DNA of 64,000 nt from Octopus vulgaris (lineage: Eukaryota), in NCBI GenBank assembly GCA_951406725.2, contig OX597828.1:68262001-68326000 (forward strand), read 5' to 3'. Positions 12,642-26,485 of this stretch are shown here, in pieces. The notes under the pieces were generated by a model. That model was given only the letters and a program-made list of their open reading frames with translations. It did not search any database and had not been told where the DNA came from. Every line of letters begins with the position of its first letter. Position 1 is the stretch's first letter. Position numbers and translations under genes: made by a program.

Positions 12642-15329
12642 TTAATTACAATGAAGAGGATTTGGGCACAAAATAATTCATAAACTGAATATCATCAATA
12701 TACTTAAATATACTTTATGTATAAACTTTATAACTGAGGAGTGAAAAAAGCCAAGTGGTGAATAGAATTGAAAAGAAAAACGAACAGAAAGAAAATCTAA
12801 AAACAGAAACCTTATGAAGCAGAATTTAGAGAAAAATAGTAAATCTTTATTTCTGCAGCTGTCACTGCGAAAACATGGAGAAAGAAAAATCAACACATCT
12901 CTTCCAGCTGAACTATTTTACTTTAAGCTTTATGTGTGTGTGTGAGTGTGTGCATTGTCCCCCACGGCGCTCTCTCTCTCTCTCTATCCCTCTGCCTTAA
13001 TGTAAATCATTGACAACAGCTGTAGATTGCAAGTTCCTGAGAAAATTTTTGTCCCACTTTCTTGTAGTTAGATCACTTGCTCTGATAATTTCGTAGTCGA
13101 CTATTTTACAGCATTAGTGCATGGCAGGAATATATATCAACCAATATGTAGCATGGAATCTAAGAAACTTGTCCTATAGATATGTCCTATAGATATGTGT
13201 CAGGGTGTACTATCAACAGACGAGGTACTTACACATTTAATACACATTTAATAAAGATGATTTATTTGCTTCAAGTTAATCATTCTCTTTCTCACTTTTA
13301 CATAATGTGTGTGTGTGTGTGTGTATGTGTCTGTGTGTATACATACATTTTTACGCTAGCATGAAAAGCAGACGTTAAACAACGATGATGATGATGAATA
13401 GGGTATGCTAAAGTGGGGACACAAACAATTTGTTTTCTTTTTCTTTTATATTTTGATAGTCCAGAAAGTTATAATCTTAAAATTAACACCAGTTTTTAAT
13501 TCTTAGCTCATTAATAAAAATAAGAATCAAAATAAGAGTGTAAAAATTAGATATCTGACAAATTGAAAAAAAAAAGAAGAAAAAATTGTTTTCCTCTCTA
13601 ATGCTTGGCCTCATTATTAGAGGCAGCCATCTGCAAGTGTCATAACGAGTTGAGTATGTGGAACTAATCATTAACTTTCACATCCACCCATTTATTACGA
13701 ATCACCACGCAACATAACATTATTATCTAAAATATAGAAACTCACTGGGAAAGACACAGGGAAAGGAAAAAAAGGTCACCAGCAATAGTACAAGTATTAG
13801 AGAGGTGGTGGCCATTGTAATACAAGTTGTGATGGTTGTAGCAGTAGAAGTAGTGGTGGTGGTGAATATTACAGCAGTAGTAGTAGCAGCAGTGAAAAAG
13901 AAAGAAAAACACCTTGAAGGCAGAACAAAGAAAACAAAAAAGTTCAAGGCAAGGGAAAAAAATATAAAAATGACAATGAGAAAACGGGAAGAGGAGAAAG
14001 AGTTAAAAAAAAAAAAGAGTAGGGAAAGTAGAAAATTGTTCATAATTATACATAATCACTGGTAAAACTGGTGTTAGATGGCCAAGATCAGTAAAGTAAC
14101 CGTTATTATTTGGCCCCAGGTCAGCCTGGATCTGGCAGAAATTTTATTTAAAAATATTGGCTCTGTAACAACTGCTGTTGTTGTTGTTGTTGTTGCTGTT
14201 TCAACCCAGTTCAACTCTATCACCTGTGTATCTCTGATATTAGAATAGGTAAACTGTAGCCCTGTGTGTCATTAGATGTAATTAAAAAGGGGTTAACATC
14301 AGAAAGGGCAGCTGCAAAATACTATGAAAAGCCACATCCAACCCATACCAGCAAGGAGTAACCTATGAAATTAAAGCTTTTACTTCACTCAAAATAGATA
14401 TTTATTTCCCTTTAGGGATCCAAACATCAATTTTTAATGCCCATCTACACTCTCTCAGCTTTTTTGACATAACTTATCCACTACTTCCCTCAGCTCTTTT
14501 ATGTATGTGTATCTATTTATCTCGTAAACTGTGGGTAACTGCCCCACCCCCACCACCCTTTATTCTACCTTCCATGCAAATAGACACTGTACAAGATATT
14601 ACACTCTCCAGTTTCTGTATAGAAATTGTGTCCAATTGTCATGCCTTGTTGCTACCATACAATCTCTTAAGATTATTCACAGTTTGTATGGAGAGAGAAA
14701 TTCCTTGAGATTTGTCCATGTCAGCCAACATCACAAGTTATTGGACTTTAAGATCTGGTTCAGGTGAAATCTTCAGGTGGATAAGAACTAGGGTTAGGGT
14801 TAGAAGCAGAGAGGCTAATCTTGCACTGAAATAGGCTGAGATGAAAATATCCCTAAAAAGTGAGGCAGAGGTGACAAACATATCCTTTGCACTCAACTAT
14901 TGCCCAACCCAGGCTTTACTTGACCAGGCTGTTGTGTCTGCTCTTTTGCTTGTTGTGAAATGAACATATTCCACTGGTCAGAAGGTCCGTCTGCTGCCAA
15001 CTATCTCTGTGGTAAGTACTGTCAACCATGGCTGAGGAGTCTCAAGAAAAACAAAACTAACTGGAACAAACCTCAAGCTACAGAAACATTTCTTTCACTG
15101 TGAAATCAGGCCCTGTAGGCCTGAGGTCATAGCAAAAGAATTCATGTTTGTTTACCTTATGGACATGACTGACTCTCTCCCCCCCCCCACACACACACAT
15201 ATGAACATATTCCACTAGTCAGAAGGTTTATCTGCTGCCAACTATCTCTGTGGTAAGTACTGTAAACCATGACTGACAACATGCAAAAATAGTCATGGCA
15301 GTGGCATCTGCAAAAAGACCTGGATTATA

Positions 15330-16322
15330 AAGTATGGTTGCTATTTGTGAAGCACACTGTCCTGCAATTTGTCACTATGACTGAACTGCAGTATTGGGTC
15401 AAAAGAAGACCAAAACTAAGTACCTGATATTGGGAATGTTCTCCACACACAGAGTGATGAAGTTCACGGGGAAACCTTGAGTTTAGGTGAAGACCAAATT
15501 GAACAGCTTACTCCAAAGGACAACTAGTAGTTTTCTTCTGTGTGGTGGTGATGACGACAGAGTGTGTATGAGATAGAAATTATATAAAAATATACTTCTA
15601 AGTGTTAATGAAAGAATTAACTCAATGAGTGAAAGGCAAATTGTATGATGCCTGTGTACGGACAGCTACACTACATAGCAATGAGACATGGGCTGTGACT
15701 ACTGAAAGAAACAAAGCCAGTATGCTTCAATGTCAGTGTGCATATATGACAGAGTGTAAGTGATTTGAGAAAAACTGGGTATACATAGCATCAGATGTAG
15801 TGTGCAAGAGAGAAGACTGAACTGGTATGGCCATGCAATGTACATGAAGACAGTTACATCAAAAGGTGCCAAGCTCCAATTGTTGAGGGAACATGTGGGT
15901 AGACCCAGGAAGATGCAGGACAACTGGTAAAAAAACCTACAGACGGAACTCACAGAGGTGATGACAGGGGACCAAGACTCCTGGCAGTTTACTGTGCTTG
16001 AAAAGACACATCAAGCTCAGTAAAAGCATGGTTGCCCTTGCATGCAAGCTTGTCCCCTACAATTCTCTCCAGTTGAGCATCCCTAATATTGCAGGCTTTT
16101 AGGTGCTGGTACCATGTAAAAAACACCCAGGATGGTGCTGCATAAAAAACACTCATGCCGATACTGCATAAAAGTGCCCAGTACTCTGTGAACTGGTTGG
16201 TATCAGCTATAGAAACCATACCAAAACAGACATGGAGCCTAAACATCCCTTCAGCTGGTCAGCTCCTGTCAAACTGTCCAACCCATGCCTGCATGGAAAA
16301 CGGATGTTAATTGATGATGATT
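15330..16322 (+). mobile_element. Degenerate RTE LINE, ORF2 end plus 3' UTR
   Basis: GKLYDACVRTATLHSNETWAV-like segment at ~15635-15705, GRPRK-like segment and RTE-type terminus. Confidence 0.65.
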
Positions 16323-16436
16323 ATATATATATATATATATATGAATGCATATATATATATATATACCGGAGTAAACACATAAATGTGAAACAAGGTGGAA
16401 AAAAGAGTACTCAAATACCAGTGGTAGAGTAATATG

Positions 16437-16590
16437 CTTTATTTTAAGCAGCAGAAAATTCAACAAAATCTGTTACTCTGAGTTTCTCGTTGCCGTTCAT
16501 CAGACAGTTTTTGCTAGAAACTGTCTGATGAACGGCAACGAGAAACTCAGAGTAACAGATTTTGTTGAATTTTCTGCTGCTTAAAATAAA

Positions 16591-16591
<1 letters not shown>
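16437..16591. repeat. Perfect 74-bp-arm hairpin (Penelope-like inverted terminus)
   Basis: 16437-16510 is the exact reverse complement of 16518-16591; 7-nt loop; flanked by (TA)n. Confidence 0.95.
16521..16558 (+). ncRNA. Minimal type I hammerhead ribozyme motif (mirror copy on minus strand 16470-16507)
   Basis: ctgt-CTGATGA-aCG gcaa CGa-GAAA-CTCaGA-GTA-acag: stem I ctgt/acag, GNRA-capped short stem II with A.A at its base, GUA triplet. Confidence 0.65.
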
Positions 16592-16633
<42 letters not shown>

Positions 16634-16739
16634 CGTATATACATATATTTGCACATATATATGTATGCAGACAGCCAGAGATTCAAATATGAAATAGAAG
16701 CATTGCTACTGTAATAAATATTATCAACTGTATATATAC

Positions 16740-17583
16740 TTAATACACACTGAAAATGTATCTACCAGTAGGCTGCAATTCAGCACACTGGAGAATACTC
16801 TCTCAAAGTGCTGGGTGTTAAAACACCTGAAAATCATGGACAGGCAAGACAACTCATCTCTAATCCCATCTAGGAGAGATGGACATCTATGTTTCGTCAT
16901 TTTGTGACTTGTCAACATTACGTATCTGAACAGAATTGGAGAGGAATCATTTCACCAGTTCATGACTTAAGCCCAAAGCGTGCAAACCCTGCAATATTAT
17001 GCCTGAAACCCACAAGCTGCATATCGCAGAATGAAAAGCAATACTGTCAAGTTAGTAAATGCTTCTCCTCCTAAAGACCTAGAGTTATTCTGGCAGGGAA
17101 TCTGGAATGTAAACAAAGGACATGGCCATGATGCAGTATTGTTAAACAACCTACCAAGTGAGTGTTGTATAAATGCCTCTCCCAAAACATATAACATCAC
17201 CAGTGAAACATTCCTGACATGAAATTGCCAAATGGAAAAATCACTTGGGAGGGGCCTGATAGTAGGCTACTGGTAGAAAAAGCTCACACACTACAGGAAA
17301 ATTCTCACAAACCTGTTTTTTAAAAAAATGGACATGGAGCAAGATAGACCAGATTGGCTGACAGTTGCACTGACTGCTCTTGTTCCCAAGAACAAAGAGA
17401 CCCGTGTGACTAAAAAAAAAAGACCCACAGCATACTTGGATGTTATGTACAAACTGTACACAGGCTGTCTGAATATGCTTCTCCAAGACCACTGCCAAAC
17501 AAATGGTGTAATAATGATGAACAGGTAGGAAGAAAGAAAGCAGACTGGGGCTGGGCTGAACAGCTCCTTCTCAACAAAACTGT

Positions 17584-17586
<3 letters not shown>
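16740..17586 (+). mobile_element. R4/Dong-like non-LTR retrotransposon RT fragment
   Basis: DRPDWLT..LTALVPKNKET...RP....MYKLYTG and EQLLLNKTV motifs, broken by stops and frameshifts. Confidence 0.65.
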
Positions 17587-17620
<34 letters not shown>

Positions 17621-17762
17621 ACCGTGATCACCGAGACCGACCAGGCTATCCAGATGTTGCTAGACATCGCTGGTCGCAATGTGCTTCACATTGTTTTAGC
17701 CTTCAAATGACACCACCCCGCTGGCTAAGCGAGCAGGCCAATATATATATATATATATATGT

Positions 17763-18745
17763 AATTTATAATTTGAATGGAGGCAATACGAACGGAAAAC
17801 TAGAGGAACATGACCTATTATCCAATAGAATATTCCGTATATATGTGTACTTTCTTTGACATTCATAAATCAATATAAAGTTCGAAATAATATTAGTATT
17901 AAAAACATACAAGCATATAAACATATAAATATTTAATAGTTGAAAACACGCAAAGATTTTTTTTCGAATTGGCTAGAATGTAATGATGTGATTTGTCCTT
18001 TTCTATGTTGTTTTCATTGTGTCTTTCGTGTTGTGGAGTATCCTGATGAGGGGAGTGTCTGTTTCCAATAAATATGAATTCTATGTCGTATTATCTGACA
18101 TGTCTCCGAAATGGCCCGTCGATGAAACTTTTGGATCCACTGAACATAATCTTTGTATATTAGTATGTCCTTTTATATTTTATAATTTCAAACTTTCCTT
18201 TGTATCTTATCGTGTGAATTAATAATTCACTATATCTTATATCATACTGATGTCTTCTATTTTGACTGCGTATTTATTTATATTTATAAATATTTTTAAA
18301 TACCTACGAGTTTTTAAACATCTTATATGCTTGTGCTGTAACTTATAAATTATTATTCCGTTATATCATATCGTGTGAATTCACAATTCACTATATCTTA
18401 TATCATATCGACGTTTTTTATATCTATGTATCTATTTATGTGTTAATATATTTTTTAAATGCCTACACATCTTAAAATATTTGCGTGTTTTTAAATATTA
18501 AATATTTATATGTTTATGTGCCTGTATGTTTTTAATACTAATATTATTTCAAACTTTATATTGATTTATTAATGTTGAAGAAAGTACACATATATACGGA
18601 ATATTCTATTGGATAATAGGTCATGTTCCTCTAGTTTTCCGTTGGTATTACCTACATTCAAATTATAAATTGGAACTTAGCTCAATTTGAGCACTTCAAG
18701 TCTAGCCTGTTTCTGAGCATTGTTAATGTTAACAATCTCTATATA
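17763..18745 (+). mobile_element. Penelope-like terminal-repeat element with ~195-bp inverted arms
   Basis: 17763-17960 is inverted at 18475-18671; internal ~160-bp tandem duplication; carries a hammerhead motif; sits between (TA)n tracts. Confidence 0.65.
18039..18124 (+). ncRNA. Type I hammerhead ribozyme motif with extended stem II
   Basis: tatc-CTGATGA-GGGGA.TGTC...GACA..TCTCC-GAAA-tggccc-GTC-gatg; stem I tatc/gatg, GUC triplet. Confidence 0.7.
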
Positions 18746-18770
18746 AAATAGTATAATTTATATATATATA

Positions 18771-19170
18771 TCATCATCATCATCATTTAGCGTCCGTTTT
18801 CCATGCTAGCATGGGTTGGACGGTTCAACTGGGGTCTGTGAAGCCAGAAGGCTTCATCAGGCCCAGTCAGATCTGGCAGTGTTTCTACGGCTGGATGCCC
18901 TTCCTAACGCCAACCACTCCGTGAGTGTAGTGGGTGCTCTTTACGTGCCACCTGCACAGGTGCCAGACAGAGCTGGCAAACGGCCACGAACGGATGGTGC
19001 TTTTACGTGCCACCGACACAGGGGCCAGGCGAGGCTGGCAACGGACACAAACGGATGGTGCTTTTACGTGCCACCGGCACGTGGGCCAGGTGAGGCTGGC
19101 AACGGACACGAACGGATGGTGCTTTTACGTGTCCGCTGCCAGCCTCGCCTGGCCCCCGTGCCGGTGGCAT
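18771..19170 (-). mobile_element. RTE LINE 3' UTR with inverted 5' tip
   Basis: (CAT)n tail at 18772; 19129-19170 is a reverse-complement copy of a repeat unit. Confidence 0.85.
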
Positions 19171-20405
19171 ATATATATGCATACATATGTATAAGCACAC
19201 ATATATAAAGACATAGAATCTCCAGCTACAATTTGGAAATCTAGATTACATAACCATTCTTCTTTTAGTTTAAGAGCAAATGTAATTCTGTGAAGTTTAG
19301 TAAATGCATTTGGGATTTGAAAGACAGAAACATGAACTATGATATAAAGTGGCCCATTATTAGTTATGCTCCATTGTACAATACTAGTAATTTTAAATGT
19401 GATCTTTGCTTAGAGGAGCTATATAATTACTTCAAAATTAAAATTATCAAATTCTAGAACCAGTCTCATGTGGAAATGTTCACATAAATATAAAGAAACA
19501 TTTATATATTTCAATAGTAAATAACAACTTCATAATAATTGCTTTTCCTATAATCAAATAAGCATAATTTCTCTAAATTTTTTTAGCATTCATAAATAGC
19601 TAGATAGCTATTATACTGTAGGAAAAGCCAGTTCAGTATTCAACCGTTTAACAGTTTAGTATTTAGGCGTATAAAGTAATTAATAAAAGAATAGAAAATA
19701 AACATAGAAATTTTACATCATGACCTAAATGTCTCAACATGAAATTTCTACGCTTATTTTTTTATTCTTTCGTTATCTTTTGATGTCATCCTAAGCTTAA
19801 ATACTAAACTAGTTTTTCCTAGAATCTATTTCTTCCTAATATTCTTTTTGTATGCATTTATGTACTATTGACGTTATTTCAGTTTACTTTCATTTTAACC
19901 TGTTTTGGGGTCACATTGATAGCGTTGTGTCAGCTGAATGTCCAAAGAAATTGCTCTAAGTGATATTTTGTACCTTTTATCTCTATCTAAACATGTGAGC
20001 ACAATAGAAACGACAGTCAGTCCTGTGTGGTATAATCATCAAATAAAGATATATTCTCCATTTTTGTTCATGTTGTTATATATACATCATCATCATACAC
20101 ACACATATATAGGTACAACACCAACTTTGATCTAGAACCACTGATGGTCTAGAACCTCTCATAGTCTGCAGCAACTTATAACCAGGGATTTCGAATTCCT
20201 ACAACAACCAAAGTAATTCACTAGTACATCATACAGTCCAGTATTAATAAACTTGTATCATTTGCACTAATGTACAGGTAAGTACTTGTATTTCATTTAA
20301 CTTTTAAGTAAATTTAATATTTGCTTAGTTTAGAGGGTGCTGGTTCAGAAAAATCAGTAATTGAGAAAGGTTTTGGAAAATCAACATTGCATCTGTACAC
20401 ACACA

Positions 20406-20459
<54 letters not shown>

Positions 20460-21387
20460 GTGTGTGTGTGCATAGTGTGCGCGTATAGTGTGTCAGGTCA
20501 CTGGAAGCATAATTCAGTATGGTTTGTTCCCTGTTTGGGTCATCACTGACTAAGCTGGCATTCCCATAAGGGTAGCCAAGTGAAGAGGTTGCTTGAAAAG
20601 GTAGCAGGATAAAACAAAACCTGTCAAAAGGTAGGATGAACCCAACATAAGGTGAATGACTAACAACAGTACACAAGGGAAAATGATTTCACTGACCCCA
20701 CAACCATAATATTCATTCATCACAGCCTAAATAAAATCCATTCAAGTCTCAGTTATTCACTAAAATATTGTAAGAAAATTGTATTAAAATAAATTTAAAA
20801 ACTTGCTGAAATTATTTTGTATGGATCACTAATTATTAATATAGAATTATTGAAATCCACTTTGTGGTGAATATTCACACATGATGAGTGTAATATAGGT
20901 TGTATTGCACACACACACACACACACACACAGGCAAAGTAAAACAATTAGCACAGTGAGACAAACTGCTGGAACATCCCACTACGATAAGATGAAGCAAT
21001 GCCTGCCAATGCTGAGAATAATTGGGTTGTTGTTATTCACTGATACCCATTAGCATAATCTCATCAAAAGACAAATGCTTAAGTTAATGAATTCTTTTCC
21101 CCAGAAGAAAGTTATTGTCTCATTTCTTTTTTTAAAAAAGGAAGCTGCTAAATGACTAAATCAACACATCATCATCATTTTAAAATGTCCAAGGTTCACA
21201 TAGGTTGCACAAAAATTATATCTGCTTAAATTAGCTTCTCCCAATAATTGAACAGAGACCATTGATAAACCATAAAACAAAACCTCACACACCCACAATA
21301 GTGTATGAAGTAGATCTTCATTAAGTTTAGTTCTTAAAGGGTCATTATAACTGAGAAGTTGTTAAAAATACCAAACTATTGAGCTAT

Positions 21388-24300
21388 GATAATAATAATG
21401 AAATTATTGTATACAGTGCTCAGGTGCACCACAACTTGTCAAAGAGTGCGTATAAAGCATATGCAGTAATGTACAAATGTCTGGGAAGTGAACAGTGTAT
21501 GAGTCAAATACATGCTTGCTTGTGTATGGAGGGGAGAAAATCAGATGTAGTGTTGGCGAATCTCAGGAAGCATGGAAGTTTTGAAGGATGCAGTGCTCCG
21601 ACAACTAACAACTGATGCCGGCAGTCTGTTCCATGCTTCAGCAACTCTTAGCGTGAAAAAATGTTTCCTGAAGTCATGGGAGCTGTACTGTTTTCTGACT
21701 TTGTAAACATGTCCACGGGTGTTAGACAGATGGAGTTTGAAAAGGTGCTCAGAGTTATTGTTTGTAAGATGGTTAATAATTTTATGGGTGTCTGCCAAGT
21801 CAGCTGCCAGACGTCGGAGTTTCAATGTGTCCATGCCCAGGGAAGTAAGGCATTCAGAATATGGCAAATACCTGATGGAGGGTATTCTCTTGGTTGCACA
21901 TCACTGAATGGCTTCCAGGCGATTAATATCTTGGGCAAGATAGGGGTTCCAGACCGGTGATGCAAATTCCAGGTGAGGTCTTACCATAGCTATATAAAGC
22001 CGCAGATAGATAGTCGGAGAGCGGCTCACAAAGGATTTGGTGAGTGATGCCAAGACACCCTCAGCCTTCTTGACAATTTTAGCGATGTGTTTTGTCCAAC
22101 GCAAATCACTGTCAACAATAACACCCAGGTCATGTTCACATGGAAGACTTTTTGAGATTATTGTTATGGAGGGAGTAGGTGGACGCTGGGTTTCTCCTCC
22201 CAAAATGCATGGTGGTACATTTGTCCACAGCCAGCTTGAGTTGCCAGTTCATGATCCATTGCTGCATTGTGTCCAGGTCTGCTTGCAATAGAAATCTTTA
22301 GTGTACAGGATCTGACCTCTTTATTTCGAGGTACAGCTTGATGTCATCTGCATATTTCAGCACTGTGGCATTCTTTAAGTTGGCATCTATGTCATTAACA
22401 TATGCAACAAATAAGAGGGGGCCAAGAACAGATCCCTGTGGTACACCAGATGTCATCTCATAGGGTAAAGAGTGCTGTCCTAGAACTGTGACAACCTCTT
22501 TTCAACCGATAATGAAAGGACTTCAACCAGTTATAGAGACTATCTCTTACACCCATTACAGAGAGTTTCACCATAAGTCTTTTGTGTGGCACAGAATGAA
22601 AAGCCTTAGCAAAGTCCAGGTAAACAACATCGACCCAGGATCAGCGATCAGTGATTCGGGTAATGTCCTCAAGAAACTCGATGAGTTGATTACAGCAGCT
22701 GGAATTAGGAATAAATCTAAATTGTGACGGCTGGATGAGAATGTGAGACTTCCAGAGGTTCCAGAGAGTTTCTCTGACACAGGATTCCATCAGTTTGGCG
22801 ATGCAGCTAGTAAGACTAACAGAGCAATAGTTGACAGATGATATGCGGTCACCTTTTTTGAACAGAGGGATAACACTGGCAGTTTTCCACTGCTCTGGAG
22901 TAACACCATTGTCAAAACAGAATTGAAAAAATAGTGATAATTGGTTTAGAAGAAAGTACCCACCGCGTTTGAGAAGTAGGTATGTAACACCAGCGAGACC
23001 AGGAGAGGCATAGTTAAGTTTATTCTTAAGGTGACGTTGTAGCATTGCTGGTGTAAATTTCATAGTAGTTATAGAGTCCGGTGTCAGAGGTGATGAAGAT
23101 GGAACATTTTGATCTTCGACAGTAAAGATGCCTGCATAGCATCCAGCAATGATTTCTGCACATTCTTTAGGAATACCAATAATCTGCCCTGTGTGGGGAT
23201 TGTGAAGGGGACCAACTGGAGAGTGAGGTCTCTGCTTTGAATGTAGATACTTCCAGAACACTTTGCTGTCAGGGTTGGTTGCTATGCACTGTTCAAATTC
23301 AAGCACTGCCTTTTTTTGTCACCTGCTTGAGATGGTTGGCTGATCTATTGCACTTTTACCTGTTGATCTCTGATTTGTGCAGTTTGTATTCCTGTTCAGC
23401 CTTACGGTGTTCTTTCCTGGCAAGTCGGACTGCTGCAGTCTCCCAAATTGCACTATTGGGTGGTTTTTTGTGCTTGCGAGGTACCGATGCTGCACATGCC
23501 GCCCATATTGAATTCAGAATGTTCTGAAGTATAGTGTTCACATCTCCAGAGGCATAAAATTCAAGCCAGTTTGGGTGTGGCAGCTTGGTACAATAAGAGC
23601 TCCAGTCTGCTTTATTCCAGTCAAAATGGGTAGTTTGAAGATGGTTGTCATTTTTGTTACAACCAATCAGAGACAAGTTGGCCATGATCATGGAATGATC
23701 AGAGTCACCTAAAGGTTCTTCAGTAGTGACACTAATAATTGTTTAAGGAGAAGCGATAAATAGCAGATCCAAAATGTTGTTACCCCTTGTGGGGGAGGTA
23801 ACGACTTGGGACCAATTTGAATTCAACACCAGTTCAAAGAAATCGTCTGCACTTTGCAGCCAATGGAAGGCCTCCCAGTCAATCTCAGGGAAATTGAAGT
23901 CTCCCACAATATAAACATAAGTGGCTGTTTTCATGGCAGCAGCTCTGAGGATATCAAAAAGTTGTGTGTGTTGATGATAATTTGCAGGAATTGCCGATAG
24001 ATTTGATCGAACATAAACCATCACACCCCACCACGGCGATTAATGCGGTCTTTGTGGAACAGGTTGTAGCCGGCTATGCTGAAAAGCCCATCACAGAGTG
24101 CAGAATGTGCCCATGTTTCTGTGACTGTGATGAAATCTGGGTCGATACTTTTGACGTAGGAGTCAAAAAGATGTACCTTGTTTCATAAACTACAGGCATT
24201 TAAGGACAACAGTTTGTATCTGGATTTCAGATGGCGATGATATGCAGGGGATGGTTGATTGTTCTTGTTTAGTTTCCCATGATTTTTGCATTGCCAGTTA

Positions 24301-25330
24301 TTGTGGGTGCAGTTTGCTCAGACCAACTGACATCCCTTATCCACAACTCACCAGACTTGATGAATTTCCATATTTGCCCATCATCACATAGGCTAAAGCT
24401 TTCCTATGGCACAGAGTTGCGATTTAGGAAAGCTACAGATCTTAGCTTCGGGCGTACATGAGGTGGTAGGCCAGGACGTGTCCTAAAGGTAATTCTGTTT
24501 TCGTGCCGAGCCCTATCGGCAGCTAGATGGTATGCCTGCACCTCAGTAGAGTTTGAAAACATCAGCCTGATCAATCTATGTTTGGATCCTGGTCGGCCAA
24601 GGTGGAAAGCATTTTTGGAGGAACACAGCTTAGGTCCTTAGATGTGTTGCCAGTAAATGCCTGTAGATCTATCACATTTTCCGATACTCCGATAGCAATT
24701 ACCTAATGAGTGGTTGATTCAGTGACCTCCTCGGTGTGTTGAGGTTCCGTAAGTGCTACAGGTAAATTGCTGAGCAAGGCACTCTGATACGACCCCTCGT
24801 GAGGTTTTGCACAGACGCTGATTTTGATTCCTGCTATTTCGTGGCTTAAAGCAGAAAACATTTGTATAATTTCCACAACTTCTGTGCCCATGGTTGATTT
24901 TTGTTGATGTTGAGAAGTATCGGGAGAGGAGGGCTTTTGTTCCTGCTGATGTACTTCGCTTGGAAAGATCAATTTTTGTTGTTGAAGAGCAATAGGGGAG
25001 GAAGACACGGGCGGCTTAAGTTTTTGTTGATGTTCTTCAACAGGAATGGCCGATTTTTGTTGCTGTTGTTGAAGAGTGACAGGGGAGGAAGACACAGGCG
25101 GCTTTAATTTTTGTTGTTCTTCTTCATCAACAGAACTGGTTTTGGGAGACATAGTAGTCGGTTTTTGCTGTTCAGCAAAATGTGATGTAAAAGTATCGAA
25201 AAGGTTTTGTAACAAATTATTATCAAGGGATATTGCTGGGGGACATGAAGGACAAGAAAACTTCGTAGTAAGATTTCATAGTCGAAACCCCAGTACATTA
25301 AATTTGCCCTCGGTAGGGTATTTACTGATT
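21388..25330 (-). mobile_element. CR1-clade LINE, near full length, decayed (ORF1 plus EN/RT ORF2)
   Basis: EN: IVGDFNFPEIDW, PTRGNNILDLLF, SDHSMI; RT: SGVPQGSVLGPLLF, KYADDIKL; C-term VRPHLEFASPVWNPY, NTRGH, FFTLRVAEAWNRLP; (ATT)n tail; ORF1-like region ~24280-25215. 5' boundary uncertain. Confidence 0.9.
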
Positions 25331-26215
25331 GATCTCAGCCATGTATGATAACATCATACAGAAAAAAAATAAAACAATATTTGCAAAAACAGCAACGACA
25401 AAATATTTCTAAAGAAAGACTTTTTATATTTTCTTCAAGCCTTTCACAAATATATTTCTAATGAGTCTGCTTGTATATTTCAATTAATTTTCATTTTCAA
25501 ACCTTTATATGTTGGTAATATTATATTGGTACTGACATCTCCTGATATTCATGTAATCATGAAATATTAATTGAAATATGGACATGGTATTAGGAATATT
25601 AAAGAAATTTAGAAAAATACAAAATTAATTAAATCAAAAACCTGAAAAAAAAAAAATACTACTTGTCCAAAATCAACAACAGCAGCTGTCAAAAGCTCTT
25701 CTTTCCATATCGTAATTATAACAGCCTAGTGTCACTATCTCTTTCCTATTACACCACCTGTGTAATAAGAGAAGACAGTTGGAATGGTCCATGTTCAGTC
25801 CCTGCCTTGCTTTTATTCATTTCTTTATTGCAAACATACACTTTCTCTCATCATTACTGACATTCAACACTTCCGCTCTTCCATCACCCATTCTTTATTG
25901 CTACTCATCAGTTTCTCTCTCTCTCAAATTATTCCTCCTTCCTATTTATGTTGACAGCCATCACTGTCTCACTCCCACTACACCCTCTCTTCTATATTGT
26001 TCCCTTTTCCAAACACACCAGTTACACAGTTTCTATTCAACAATCACCATGTAGCTGTCACAGACATCCACTCTCTATAACCTCCTCTCTCTCTCTTCTA
26101 TTGCTGGAGACAACCATTTGTCGGCCACTGGTCTACCAGCCTGTACAGTCACAACCAAGACAATGTACATGTAAAGTTAGTCAAATCCTGGATTTTACAA
26201 GGAGATCATATGAAG

Positions 26216-26485
26216 CATCATCATCATCATTGTTCGACCGTGGTCGAGACAATGGAATTTACTATGTTACACCAGACTTCACGGTCCATCATAGCATTAC
26301 GGAGGTCCTGTTGCTGGATGCCTGTATCCCTGGAGATTACATCAGGGTAGGAGAGTGTGTGCCCTCTGGTATCGTGAGCAGATGGCTTCCAGAGGAGAAG
26401 AGTAGAAATTGCCTCGTTTCCAGCTCTACAACAATGTCCAGCAAACTGGACTCTTCCAACTTTCACAAGAGATGACACAGGTGGT
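26216..26485 (-). mobile_element. RTE-X-like LINE 3' end
   Basis: RVQFAGHCCRA...LLLWKPS...SYPDVISRDTG...AMMDREVW, stop followed directly by (TGA)n. Confidence 0.8.

Noticed and set aside
13723-14065. Overlapping Val/Lys-rich and Phe/Thr-rich ORFs
   Set aside because: Low-complexity (GTA/GTG)n and A-rich tracts; no splice or homology support.
14789-14803. TAGGGTTAGGGTTAG telomere-like repeat
   Set aside because: Only about 2.5 units; compatible with chance.
25560-25770. Minus-strand splice-like signals (ttttttttcag at ~25643; ttacacag at ~25758)
   Set aside because: No stop-free frame bounded by good sites and no similarity to CstF-77 exon 4/5.
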